From: Mustelus asterias
Taxonomy: Eukaryota
Reading direction: 5' to 3'
Assembly (NCBI RefSeq): GCF_964213995.1
Contig: NW_027590128.1
Coordinates: 1,364,001 to 1,428,000 of the forward strand
Length of the DNA stretch: 64,000 bases
The translations under genes and the position numbers were made by a program. Positions within the stretch are counted from its first letter, which is position 1, and each line of letters opens with the position of its first letter. Positions 23,063 to 35,388 of this stretch are shown here, in pieces. Under the pieces are notes generated by a model. It had not been told where the DNA came from and did not search any database. It saw nothing but the letters and a program-made list of their open reading frames with translations.

Positions 23063-24743
23063 GGATAATGTTCACTGTTTTATATTCGGGTCTGAGGGAT
23101 AATGTTCACTGTTTTATATTCGGGTCTGGGGGGGATAATGTTCACTGTTTTATACTCGGGTCTGGGGGATAATGTTCACTGTTTTATATTTGGGTCTGGG
23201 GGATAATGTTCATTATTTTATATTCGGGTCTGGGGGGGATAATGTTCACTGTTTTATATTCGGGTCTGGGGGGGATAATGTTCACTGTTTTATATTCGGG
23301 TCTGGGGGGGATAATGTTCACTGTTTTATATTCGGGTCTGGGGGGGATAATGTTCACTGTTTTATATTCGGGTCTGGGGGGGATAATGTTCACTGTTTTA
23401 TATTCGGGTCTGGGGGATAATGTTCACTGTTTTATATTCGGGTCTGGGGGATAATGTTCACTGTTTTATATTCGGGTCTGGGGGGATAATGTTCACTGTT
23501 TTATATTCGGGTCTGGCGGGGGGGGATAATGTTCACTGTTTTATATTCGAGTCTGGGGGATAATGTTCACTGTTTTATATTCGGGTCGAGGGGATAATGT
23601 TCACTGTTTTATATTCGGGTCTGGGGGATAATGTTCACTGTTTTATATTCGGGTCTGGGGGCGATAATGTTCACTGTTTTATATTCGGGTCTGGGGGATA
23701 ATGTTCACTGTTTTATATTCGGGTCTGGGGGGGATAATGTTCATTGTTTTATATTCGGGTCGAGGGGATAATGTTCACTGTTTTATATTCGGGTCTGGGG
23801 GATAATGTTCACTGTTTTATATTCAGGTCTGGGGGATAATGTTCACTGTTTTATATTCGGGTCTTGGAGATAATGTTCACTGTTTTATATTCGGGTCTGG
23901 GGGGATATTGTTCACTGTTTTATATTCGGGTCTGGGGGATAATGTTCACTGTTTTATATTCGGGTCTGGGGGGGATAATGTTCACTGTTTTATATTCGGG
24001 TCTGGGGGATAATGTTCACTGTTTTATATTCGGGTCGAGGGGATAATGTTCACTGTTTTATATTCGGGTCGAGGGGATAATGTTCACTGTTTTATATTCG
24101 GGTCTGGGGGATAATGTTCACTGTTTTATATTCAGGTCTGGGGGATAATGTTCACTGTTTTATATTTGGGTCGAGGGGATAATGTTCACTGTTTTATATT
24201 CGGGTCTGGGGGATAATGTTCACTGTTTTATATTCGGGTCGAGGGGATAATGTTCACTGTTTTATATTCAGGTCTGGGGGATAATGTTCACTGTTTTATA
24301 TTCAGGTCTGGGGGATAATGTTCACTGTTTTATATTTGGGTCGAGGGGATAATGTTCACTGTTTTATATTCGGGTCTGGGGGATAATGTTCACTGTTTTA
24401 TATTTGGGTCGAGGGGATAATGTTCACTGTTTTATATTCGGGTCTGGGGGGGATAATGTTCACTGTTTTATATTCGGGTCGAGGGGATAATGTTCACTGT
24501 TTTATATTCGGGTCTGGAGGATAATGTTCACTGTTTTATATCCGGGTCTGTGGGGGATAATGTTCACTGTTTTATATTCGGGTCTGGGGGATAATGTTCA
24601 TTGTTTTATATTCGGGTCTGGAGGATAATGTTCACTGTTTTATATCCGGGTCTGGGGGGGATAATGTTCACAGTTTTATATTCGGGTCTGGGGGATAATG
24701 TTCACTGTTTTATATTCGGGTCTGGGGGGTATAATGTTCACTG
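23063..24743 (+). repeat. Minisatellite, about 49 copies of (G)nATAATGTTCACTGTTTTATATTCGGGTCT, mostly 33-36-bp units
   Basis: Directly visible head-to-tail array with variable G run and GTCGAG, TTCAGG, TTTGGG variants; copy number estimated from length. Confidence 0.97.
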
Positions 24744-25649
24744 TCTGGGGTTTGTGAGCTCGGGTCGATTCTGCCTACGGCGCATTCTCGGTTGTCAGAG
24801 CTCTCATTAAAAGCCCTAATTTCCAGTCAGTGACTGAGCTGTCTCTGATGGGATGGGGAATCAGAGTGGGGGTAATGTGCTTCATGGACAGCGATGGGTT
24901 GGAATGAGTATAAAATAAACCCGGATTACACCAGGTAATTGTGAGAACATTAAAATCACCACAAAAAATCATAGCACCATGTTGGAAAACAGAATACTTT
25001 GGCTCAATCTTTGATCAATTTTGTTTGAATCAATATTTTGAGTGGCTTGTCGGATTGCTGGTTATTTTCTAACGGCAGCTCAGCATCATCATTTTGACCA
25101 TAAACTCAGCCCCGGTGACTGCTGCATTTTTCCAGCACCTTCTGTTTTAATTTTAAGTGGAACCTTAATATCTGCTTAGTACACAGGACAATTTATCTTT
25201 CCAGGGGTGAGTGTGTCTGAGAAGTATGCAACTGGAAAACATTTTCCATTCATCTCCTATATTGCTGTATTATATATACATTGTTCTCACTCTGCCAGCA
25301 TGGTTGTGGATTAATTGGATAGATCTTAAAGACAGCCCGACTGGGCAGGATGAGCCAAATGGTTTCCATCTGTGATGTATCATTCCATAAAACAGAATAT
25401 TCAGCATCAGGAGAAAGAAAGTGAAAGAAACCAGTCTCTCTGGGATTTACCCAACCAGTATGAGCACCTTCGGGAGAGTAGAGAGAGGGGAGGAAACCAG
25501 TGGGAAAAGATTTAAAAATTTGGGGTATTCCCACAGGAGAGCACTGGTTTAAATCAATTTTAGAAATAGAGAATGGCAGCGCACAAATTCCGAGGAATGC
25601 ATTTTTAAAAATTATTTAATCTTAATTGCACAAGATAATTTTCTATTAT

Positions 25650-26100
25650 TGTCTTTGACAATGACGCCGTTAATTCCCAGGTGCCCCTGCGGGTGTGAAA
25701 GTGTCCTATTCATTCCACAGGAGCCCATATATCTGGAACGTGCGCAGTGTCACTTTGCACGGAGCCTTGTGAGTGCGGGAGACGCTTTTTTCAGTGGGTG
25801 AGTCGGTGGGGCTGCGGAAGAAATGGAGCCGGGAGTCGGGGTAGGGAGCGAGCTATGGCTTCACAAACACCCGCTGTCGGCCGCACGGCCCGAATAAGAC
25901 CCTGCAGGTCTCGGGTTTACAGCTCCTAGGCTTTTATCCCGGGAACAGGCCCCGGTGAACGGCCACCATCTTGTTTCAGCGGGGAAGGAGAGCGCAGGCG
26001 CTGCTGTCTGTGACGGGTCACAATGGGCGTGGTTTCAGGGGCTGGTTCAGAACCTCTGTCTTCAGAGGGACAATAGGTAGCAGGGCGCATGCGCAGCTAT
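25650..26100 (+). promoter_or_regulatory. CpG-island promoter and first exon of ZNF-4
   Basis: Family first-exon signature TTCACAAACACC..CCCGAATA..CTGCAG..CCCGGGAACAGGCCCCG|GTGAAC (donor 25955); GCGCATGCGC at 26085. Confidence 0.7.
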
Positions 26101-26427
26101 CCAAGAACATCGGAATAAGAATTCGGAACAGGAGCCAGTCAGTCGGCCCATCGAGCCTGCTGCATCATTCAATAAGATCATGTCTACTTTGCTCCCCCAC
26201 CCCGTCCATACCCTTGACTTTCTTGTGGATCAAAACGTCAGCTTTGAATATATTCAATGACCTGCCTCCAATCCTCACTGGTGAAGACAGAGTTCCAAAG
26301 ATCAACAACCCGCTGAGAGAAAAGTTCTCTCTTCATCTTAAATTTGGGATCCTTTATTTTTACTTGATTTCCACACCAGAGGAAACATCCTCTCAGCATC
26401 TACCTTGTCAAGCACCTTATATCATAT

Positions 26428-26722
26428 GAATCATAGAATCCCAGTGCAGAAGGAGGCCATTTGGCCATTGAGTCTGTACCGATCACAATCCCACCCAGGC
26501 CCCATCCCCACAACCCCATGCATTTGACACTAGGGTCAATTTAGCATAGCCAATCCACCTGACCACAGTCTTTGGACTGTGGGAGGAAACCGGAACACCT
26601 GGAGGAAACCCATGCAGACATGGGGAGAATGTGCAAACTCCATACAGACAGTGATCCAAGGCCGGAATTGAACCGGGGACCCTGGCGCTGTGAGGCAGCA
26701 GTGCTCGCCACCATGCCGCCCT
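26428..26722 (-). mobile_element. HE1-like SINE (tail type B)
   Basis: Family match. Confidence 0.8.
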
Positions 26723-27269
26723 TAAATTCCCAGATGTTTCATTAAGATTACTTCTCAGTCTTCACAACTCCAAAGAGTACAGGCCCAAACTGCTCAACCT
26801 GAAAGATAAAACCCCTCATTTCAGGAATCAACCAACTGGATCTTCCCTGAACTGCCTCCACTGCAATTTTGTCCCAGCTAAAATAATTCTGTGCCAGGTT
26901 AAAGGAGGAGAGAATGTTTTGAATTTCTGTTCTGGACAGATGCTGATGGATTTTGGAAACTCCTTTTACAGGGGGTTAGAAGGGAAAGATTTACTCACAG
27001 CAAACTCAGACCAAAAGAAATGTTTGTCTGTCTTGAATTTCTAACCTTGAATTACACCTATAACTTTCCTCATTTACAGGGAGAAGATTTAAAAATTGCA
27101 ACATTTTTCCTGGACACCAATCTCTCTATGAGATCTTTTCAGCTGCAGCAGATTTTAAAATGTGAAAACTGTGTAATTGTTTTGAGGTGAGTGTTAGTGA
27201 GCATTAATTTAAATTTAGAGCATGCTCTGATTCCATGGATCTCGGGCTATTATGACTCCTTTACCATGG

Positions 27270-27545
27270 ATGGGGAGGCAATGGTGTCGCGATAGTGTTA
27301 TTGTATTAGTAATACAGGGATCCAGGGCAATGCACTGTGAACCCTGGGTTCGAATCCCACAGTGGCAAATGAAGAAATTTGAATTCAGTAAAAATCGAGA
27401 ATTAGAAGTCCGTTGATGACAATTGTTGTAAAAATCCATCTGATTGAATAATGTCCTTTAAAGAAGGAAATTACCACATCCCCCAGCAATGCAAGCCACT
27501 CAGTTCAAGGGCAATGAGTTATGGGAATAGATGCTGATGCAGCCA
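27270..27545 (+). mobile_element. Second, older tRNA-derived SINE family
   Basis: B-box GGGTTCGAATCCC; paralogous to 63124-63440 (ATGTCCTTT..GAAGGAAAT, AAGGGCAA..GATGGG). Confidence 0.55.
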
Positions 27546-27549
27546 ACAC

Positions 27550-28800
27550 AGAGTCATAGAGCAATACAGCACAGAAACAGGCCCTTTGGCCCAACTGATC
27601 CATGCCAACCATGGTGCCCTCCCAGCTAGTCCCAATTGCCCATGTTTGGCTCATATCCCTCTTATCCTTTCCAATTCATGTACTTATCCAAATGATTTTT
27701 AAATGTTTAAACCTCCTGTTTGAACCTGCCTCAACCACTTTCTCTGGCAGCTCAGTCCATGTACACACCACCCTCTGCATGAAGAAGTTGCCCCTCAGGT
27801 CCCTTTTAATCTTTCCCCTCTCATCTTAAACCCATGCCCTCTAGTTTTCAATTCCCCTCCCCTGGCAAAAAGACAATGTGGGTTCATCCTATCTATGCCC
27901 CTCATTATTTAATACACCTCAATATGGTCACCCCCATATTCTCCTACGTTCAAAGGAATAAAGCCCTAGCCTGTCCAACCTCTCGTGATCACTCAGACCC
28001 ACTAGTCCCGGCAACAACCTCATAAATCTTCTTTGCACTCTTTCCAGTTTATGAATGTCTTTCCTATAACAGGATTACAAAACTGTAAACAATACTCCAA
28101 GTACAGCCTCACCAACGACTCATACAACTATAACAGAATGCCCCAACTCCTATACTCAGTGCCCTGACTGATGAAGGCCAGTGTGATAAATGCCTTCTTC
28201 ACCACTCTGTCTACCTGTGACGCCACTTTCAATGAACTATATACTTGTACTCCTGGGTTCCTCTGTTCCTCAACACTCCCCAGGGCCTGACCATTCACTG
28301 TACACGTCCTACCCTGGTTTGACTTTCCAAAATGCAACACTCACACTTAAGACCATAAGACATAGGAGCAGAATTAGGCCACTTGGCCCATTGAGTCTGC
28401 TCCGCCATTCAATCATGGCTGATATTTTTCTCACTCCTGTTTTCCTGCCTTTTCCCCATAACCCCAGATCCCCTTATTAATCAAGAACCTATCTATCTCT
28501 GTCTTAAAGACAGTCAATGACCCGGCCTCCACAGCCTTCTGCAGCAAAGAGTTGCACAAATTCACCACTCTCTGGCTGAAGAAATTCCTCCTTATCTCTG
28601 TTTTAAAGGATTGTCCCTTTAGCCTGAGGTTGTGCCTCTGTACTCTGTATTATCTGTACTGAAATCCATTTGCCAATCAGCGGCCCACTTCCCTAACCGA
28701 TCAACTGATCAAGATCCCCCTGTAATTTTTGATAACCTTCTTCACTATCAGCGATACCTCCTAATTTAGTATTGTCTGCAAACTTGTTAACCATGCTTTT
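27550..28800 (-). mobile_element. CR1 fragment with a second CR1 3' end nested at ~28347-28640
   Basis: HFGKSNQGRT..QVDRVVKKA ORF remnant; second tail TAAGACCATAAGACATAGG at 28348. Confidence 0.8.
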
Positions 28801-30754
28801 TATGAATTTTTAAACGGCCATCCATTTCTGTGTTTCACCTCTGCCCTCCCTGATCAGCTCTTTGCCATTGTCTACCTTCCTCTGCCTCTAATAATGGGTG
28901 TATTTTAACTATTATTTCCGCAAGCTATGTCTTGATGAGGTTTTTACCACTTCACAACTCTATTCACTGCTGATTTACCAGCTTAGTCTTACAATGTTCA
29001 GGAACTGTTTCTCTTCCACTGGAGATCATTTCCCTTCCACTTCTGAGCTTATATTGACCAACAAAATCTGATACATTTTTATTCCCTGTAATTCATTCTG
29101 CCCACCCTGAAACGTTAATCTTCTTTCTGTCTAAAAGGACGGTCTCTTTCCAAATGTTCACAATTAAAGGGCAGGAGATGGCTGATATTTAAGGGGACAG
29201 TAAATTAATACAGGACAGAGATATGTCTAGTGTTATTATATAGTACCCAGATTAGATATATTATTTATGTTTCTGTAATAAAATACATTTATTATTTCTT
29301 GCATTGTAATATAATACTGTAGCGATGTTATACATTTCCAGTCATAAAGTCATTACAGCACAGAAGGAATCCATTTGGTAACTCGAGTCCATGCTGACTC
29401 TCTGTATGACATTCCAGTCCCATTCCCACTCTATATCCCCATTCTCCTGAAAGTTTATTTCCTTCAAGTGCCCAACCACTTTCATTTTTAAATGGAATCC
29501 ATAGATAGGGATGGAGATTTACAACTTTTTGAGAATGAAATAGAAAAGAATGTTCCATAGAAACTAGAATTGTCTGCTCTGAATTTCTATCCTATACTGA
29601 CTGTGATGACTTTTGCAAACTCATTTCACAGGATTTTCAATGAGGAATCACAGGCAAAGATCTCAACCGCCACGTCTGGACAGAGTCATATTCCTTGGGA
29701 TCTGAATATCTTGTAATATGGAACTGTAGCTACGTTATATACTTCCAGACATCTCTTCCCTCAGAGGGTTGTTAGTCTTTTGGATTCCTCTTCCACAGGG
29801 ACCAGTGGATGCTGAGGATCATTGAATATATTCCAGTTAGACAGATCTTTGACTGACAACGGTGTCAAGGGTTATGGGGAACAGACAAGAAGATGGAGCA
29901 AAAGCTAATACGTGGGGGGATTTCTTCACTCAAGGATGTGGTAAAGCTTTGGAATTCTCAACCCCTGAGGACAGTGAAGCCTCAGTCATCAACTATTTTC
30001 AAGAGAGAGATTGATTGGTTTCTAGATATTGAAGATATCAAGGGATATGGGTTTAGTGTGGGGAGAATGATGCTGAGGTAGATGAACGAATTATCTCATT
30101 GAATTGTTTAAAAGGCTCGATGGGCCAAATGGCCGACTGCAGCTCCTATTTGTTATGGTCTCTGTGTCCAGGACAGGAAGCAGTGAGCATGGATCTGTCA
30201 ATCAGCCTCAATCAGCACCTTCAGGAGATTGGGAGGGTGAATATTAGATACAGCAGGGTGAGAATGGAGGGAGAGTGTGTGGGATGGAGATTCACAGCTT
30301 TTTGGAACTGAAATAGGAAAGAATGTTCCATAGAAACTAGAATTGTCTGTTCTGAATTTCTATCCTGTACTGACACTGATGACTTTTGTAAACTTGTTTT
30401 GCAGGATATTGAAAGAGGAATCACAGGCCGAAATCTCAAACGTCACGTCAGATCTGACAGAGTCATATTCCATGGGAGTTGAATATCATCGGCCTTTGAA
30501 TCCAGAAGGAGAAATTATTGTCTGGTCTCTTGATTTGCAAAGATTTGAAATGTCAGTGTGACTGGAAAAGCACCGACACACGGCCACACTCGAGTGAGAG
30601 TGTTCCAGTGCACTGACTAAAGAGCTTTAACCAGTTACACAGCCTGAATAAATATCACACCATTCACAGCGGGTAGAGACTGTACCCGTGTTCTGTGTGT
30701 GGACGAGGCTTCAACTGATTGTCCACCCAAGAGAGAGGCAAGGACACCTGCACC

Positions 30755-31597
30755 ATGGAGAAACCATGGAAATGTGGGAACTGTGGGAAGAGATACAGAT
30801 ACCCATCAGAGCTGGAAGCTCATCGGCGCAGCCACACTGGGGAGAGACCGTTCACCTGCTCTCAGTGTGGGGAGGGATTCACTCAGTCATTCAGCCTGCA
30901 GTCACACCAGCGAGTTCACACTGGGGAGAGACCATTCACGTGTTCTCAGTGTGGGAAGGGATTCACTCGGTCATCCGACCTGCGGTCACACGAGCGAGTT
31001 CACACTGGGGAGAGGCCGTTCACCTGCTCTCAGTGTGGGGAGGGATTCAGTCATTTATCCACCTTGCGCACTCACCAGCGATTTCACACTGGGGAGAGGC
31101 CATTCACTTGCAGTGTGTGTGGGAAGGGATTCACTCGGTCATCCGACCTGCGGACACACCAGCGAGTTCATACTGGGGAGAGACCATTCACCTGCTCTCA
31201 GTGTGGGGAGGGATTCACTTGGTCATCTGACCTGCGGGCACATGCATGCGTTCATACTGGGGAGAGGCCGTTCACCTGCTCTCAGTGTGGGAAGGGATTC
31301 ACTCGGTCATCCCACCTGCAGAGACACCGGCGAGTTCACACTGGGGAGAGGCAGTTCATCTGTTCTCAGTGTGGGAAGGGATTCTGTGATTCATCCAGCC
31401 TGCTGAGACACCAGCGAGTTCACACTGGGGAGAGGCCATTCACCTGCTCTCAGTGTGAGAAGGGATTCACTCGATTATCCAACCTGCGGACACACCAGCG
31501 AGTTCACACTGGGGAGAGGCCGTTCACCTGCTCTGTGTGTGAGAAGAGATTCAGTCTTTCATCCGCTCTGCTGAGACACCAACGAGTTCACGAGTGA
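30755..31597 (+). CDS. C2H2 zinc-finger protein ZNF-4, 10 fingers
   Basis: Open frame; CACCATGG at 30755; acceptor TTTTGCAG at 30404; highly homogeneous [11 protein letters not shown] linkers. Confidence 0.9.
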   Translation: MEKPWKCGNCGKRYRYPSELEAHRRSHTGERPFTCSQCGEGFTQSFSLQSHQRVHTGERPFTCSQCGKGFTRSSDLRSHERVHTGERPFTCSQCGEGFSHLSTLRTHQRFHTGERPFTCSVCGKGFTRSSDLRTHQRVHTGERPFTCSQCGEGFTWSSDLRAHACVHTGERPFTCSQCGKGFTRSSHLQRHRRVHTGERQFICSQCGKGFCDSSSLLRHQRVHTGERPFTCSQCEKGFTRLSNLRTHQRVHTGERPFTCSVCEKRFSLSSALLRHQRVHE

Positions 31598-31854
31598 TTC
31601 TCGGGGTTGGATTCTGCTGTTATTGTTTCTGCTCTCAATTACATCCAGGACATTTTGTTCATTCTCACAGTTGGTCAATGGGGAGGGTCGGAGGGTTTCT
31701 TTCTGCTGGACTGGCCGGTCTCATGACTTTACTTCCAGTGGACTGATGGTCTTTGAGTCTTGTTGCGAATACCCGGTTTTAAATTTCACACGGATCACAG
31801 AGCGACAGGGTGTTAGGAAGTTAAGAGTCACTATTTCTGTTTGAAACCCCCTCA

Positions 31855-32135
31855 AATGTCCATCCAATTTCCTTTGTAATTGTTTATTGACTCCACTTCC
31901 TCCACCCTCGTAGGCAGCGAGTTCCAGGTCATTACCATTCGCTGCATCAGAATATTCTTCCTCACATCCCCCCTGCATCTCTGGCCCAAAACCATAAATC
32001 CCCTCGTCCTTGTCCCATCAGCTAATGGGAACAGCTTTTCTTTGTCCATCTTATCTAAACCTGTCAGAATCTTGTCCACCTCTATCAAATCTCCCCTCAA
32101 CCTCCTTTGCTCCAAGAGGAACAACCCCAGCCTGA
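31855..32135 (-). mobile_element. CR1 3' fragment
   Basis: LEQRRLRGDLIEV..WNSLP. Confidence 0.75.
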
Positions 32136-33115
32136 TATCGACAATAAAGAACAAACTAACAGAATATGTTAATACCTGAAATCAAATGGGAATGTTTAAT
32201 TTCTGTTTTAAAGATATTGTGAATATATTGTCCTGGACAATAAAGGAATTGGAATAACTCACCTTGGGAGTGGTTGAATGGAATATATAAATCTGGTATC
32301 CACCTATAATCTCGTGAAAGTTTGGAATGTGTAGCTGGAAATCCCTCCCCAACAGCACTATGAGCGTACTTACATCTCAGGCATTGCAGCAGTTCAAGAA
32401 GGCAGTGTTGGGGTTGACCATGGCCGAGGCTACTACATACAGCCACATATTCTGTTATAATTGAAGGACTGCAGATTGAATGTGAGGCATTATGGGACTG
32501 GACTATCTTGACCACATTCCTGTGACTGCTCAGTTTCTGCAATCACCGACCATTAAAGCTGCTTAGCAGGACCCCAACAGAGGACCTGGTGAGAATATTT
32601 ACTCAGAATGAGTTCGATGATGATGATGATTTCTGTTTGTCAATTTTAAATTTTTTAAAAATTTCATTGGTCTGTTTCCTGGCTGTTTTTTTTCTGTCTG
32701 TTTCCATGCTGTAAACCTCTATGCCTGTTTGCCCTGGATCAAACTGACACCCAGGAACTCTCAAATGCTGCAGCTTGAATGTGTACTAATAAACTGTTTC
32801 TTTTATCCAATGATAATTTATTTTTGTTTTTAAGTAGTTTATTAACCTTACCACCTGTTGCTATACTATTTTGATCCTTAGGAACAGAATAAATCTTAGT
32901 CACTTAGCAGATACTCACCAAAAATCTAGCTTCTTCTCCTGTGGAAGAGTAAGATCACTTCCTAAAGGCTGGGAAAGTGAGAAAGCACAACAGCACCTCT
33001 TTTCCTTCCTTCCCTGACTCCCTTAATTACCCAACTCCCAGAACTCTATTCTAAGCTGCTCAAGTGATGCCGGTTCAGAGCTGTTTCTGAGCTGTAGATT
33101 CAATACAATACTCAC

Positions 33116-34293
33116 TTGCTGACATGGACATCAGTGTCTGTATGGGTCTCCAGGCCATCATGCACACCATCATGATAGGGAGGATGGAGCTGGTGTTGCC
33201 AGCCATGTACATGATGAACAGATTCATGGGCAGCTGTTTCAATGGGCCCAAGGCGATGAAAACAGAAAGTGAGCAGGGTATCAGTAAAGGGGGCCGGTTA
33301 GGGGAGGCCATATGCTGATCTTATACCCAGGCCTGGAAGTAAGGATGATGATTAACCCTTTATCACACAGGCTGCTGTGGTTCACCAAGGTACTTCACCA
33401 CCGTGGACAAACCAGGGGCATTGTCAGTCACACACTAAAGGCACATTCAAATCCAACTTACTTTCTCAACCAGGATCCGGTCTGTTTCTTGGACGCTGAT
33501 GTCCGGTAGCTGTTTGTCTGAATATGCGACTGGGTACATGGAGTCTCTCTAGCCACACTGTTGACCACGGCTCCTATGAGAAACAGAAAACACAAATTGG
33601 TCACCCTTTCAAGACCTTCTTTAAAGAGGGAGTCTCTCTGTTGAGGACCCCAACGTGGTGGCAATAGTGCCAGCATGAACTAAAGCTTAGGCAAACCTCA
33701 GACACCCACTGCCGTTGTGTCCACTGAACTGCCACGGGAATGGAGGATGGCAGAAGTGGATGAGTGTCAATTGATAATCAGGGTGCCAATCCACTTGCCC
33801 TCCATTTAGGGACAAAGCGACAAATCACCAGATGTACCAAATTGTATCTTGAAAACAAACACTGCGGGACATTGAGAGAGATCCAGTTCAGCAGCCGGCC
33901 CTGGAAACGAGCAATCGTTCCTCCAACCACCACCACAGTTGGCACCTGATCAGGTGGAGGGGCTGAAACCAAGATGGCATCTCAGGGTCATGACCTGGGG
34001 AAAAGATGCCAAGTGGGGTCTGAGTGGTTTCTGGAGGATTTGAGGGGCTGCTTTGTGCTGAGGAGCTCGGTGAGGGGTAAAAGAGGCGTGAAAAACCCGG
34101 GGTTGGGAAGTTTTGGGTTGGTGCCACGTCCCCGGGTCAGTGTGCGGTGGCGTCCCCTCGAGAGAGGCGGGCTGACCCGGCTTGCCGCTTATTCGAGACC
34201 CCGGCTCCCCGCGCGGCCTCCGCACCTGCTGGTGCCGCTCAGGGTCCGCTTGTGCCAGCGCGCGCGGTTGACAAGTCCCACCCCTGCAGCCAT
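33116..34293 (-). pseudogene. EMC4: Unprocessed, 3'-truncated ER membrane protein complex subunit 4 pseudogene (exons 34226-34293, 33462-33573, 33116-33257)
   Basis: MAAGVGLVNRARWHK.. / [36 protein letters not shown] / [47 protein letters not shown] match vertebrate EMC4; TAG at 33549-33551; exon-3 acceptor AG and RCWD codons deleted; later exons not found. Confidence 0.92.
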
Positions 34294-34299
34294 GACAAC

Positions 34300-34490
34300 G
34301 CCGCCGATCGTTAACCGTCCCCCCTTTCAAATCTGATTCCGATCAAGAGAAGAAGCCGCGCGCTTCCGTCAACAAAACACTCCCGCTGCAATGCGCATGT
34401 GCGAGCCCAACCGCCTGAGCGTTCTGCGGGCACCGCCTAAAGTCCCGCCCCCACATCGACGCCATCTTTGTCAGGGGCGCATCTGTTCCA
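34300..34490 (-). promoter_or_regulatory. Retained CpG-rich promoter of the EMC4 pseudogene
   Basis: GCTTCCGT (ETS-like), TGCGCATGTGC (NRF1-like), CCCGCCCC, CGCCATCTT (YY1-like). Confidence 0.6.
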
Positions 34491-34873
34491 ACTCTCCACC
34501 TTCTGTCCAAATGGAGCACATGTGCCCCGCACAAAGATGGACGTCACTTAATGTCAGAGATATTTGCAATATTGAGTCCAGATTACCTTTTGTCAAAGCA
34601 AAAAGACATAGAAAGTGGGAGATATTTATACTGCAGGGTGAGGGAATGAAAGATGAGCTATAGCCACAGAAACCAGGGGAAAATACTGCGAATGGCTGTC
34701 GCATTCTCTCTTTGGACAGCCATTACAGCACCAGGGACTCAGGTTCGTTTCTCGGCTTGGGGTGACTGTGCGGAGTCTGCACGTTTTCCAGGTGTTCCTG
34801 TTTCCTCCCACACATCATCTTTTTCTTCTCATGAAAATCCAGTATTTCCGATCGCCCTGAATGAATTTTGAGG

Positions 34874-35388
34874 GGGGTTGAAGTGTGTAGTCGGACAAGT
34901 TGACAATGGACTTCCCTGCAGTGGTACTGTTTTCTACTGTGGTACCGGGGGAGGCTTGGTTGCTGCTGGTGGTGATGCCGAGTTTCTCAAGTTTCCTGTT
35001 TTTGGTGTGCATGTAGATGGTGTAGTTCCTTTGTCTCGTCTGCTTAGCAGAGTTTCGCAGCTGGTCTGCGTCCTGAGCGCAAGTTGAGAATATGGATTCG
35101 ATCTTGGTTTCCAGGCTGCGGCGTTTGCTGTAGAGTTGGTGTATGAGGTGGTTGAGGAGGGTGAGAGAGGTGCGACGGCAAAGTCTCTCAGCGTAGTCTG
35201 TGTTATAGGTTGACCTGAGTGGGTTCGTGATCTGTAGTCCTTTCGGTATCTTGTCTGCTTTCTTGCATCTTTGTAGAAACTTGATGTCTGTGTCGATATG
35301 CGCGATCTTCTTGGCGATCCTCTCCACTTGGAGCCGGCAGTTTGCGGTGTCGATGGTAGCCATGATGTGGAGACATCATCTCCACATC
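34874..35388 (-). mobile_element. Penelope-like element N-terminal ORF fragment (inverted insertion)
   Basis: 13-bp TSD ATGAATTTTGAGG (34861-34873, 35389-35401); ORF MATIDTANCRLQVERIAKK..FLQRCKKADKIPKGL..SIVNLSDYTL preceded by the pLTR end TCTCCACATC. Confidence 0.85.

Noticed and set aside
23063-24743. CRISPR-like array of ~30-bp repeats, and ORFs over it
   Set aside because: No unique spacers, only a variable G run; no cas genes; eukaryotic context. The ORFs are repeat translations.
20377-31406. Long alternative-frame ORFs over ZNF arrays (20377-21378, 30688-31230, 30699-31406; also 14680-15099)
   Set aside because: Expected shadow frames of repetitive C2H2 coding sequence; no independent evidence.
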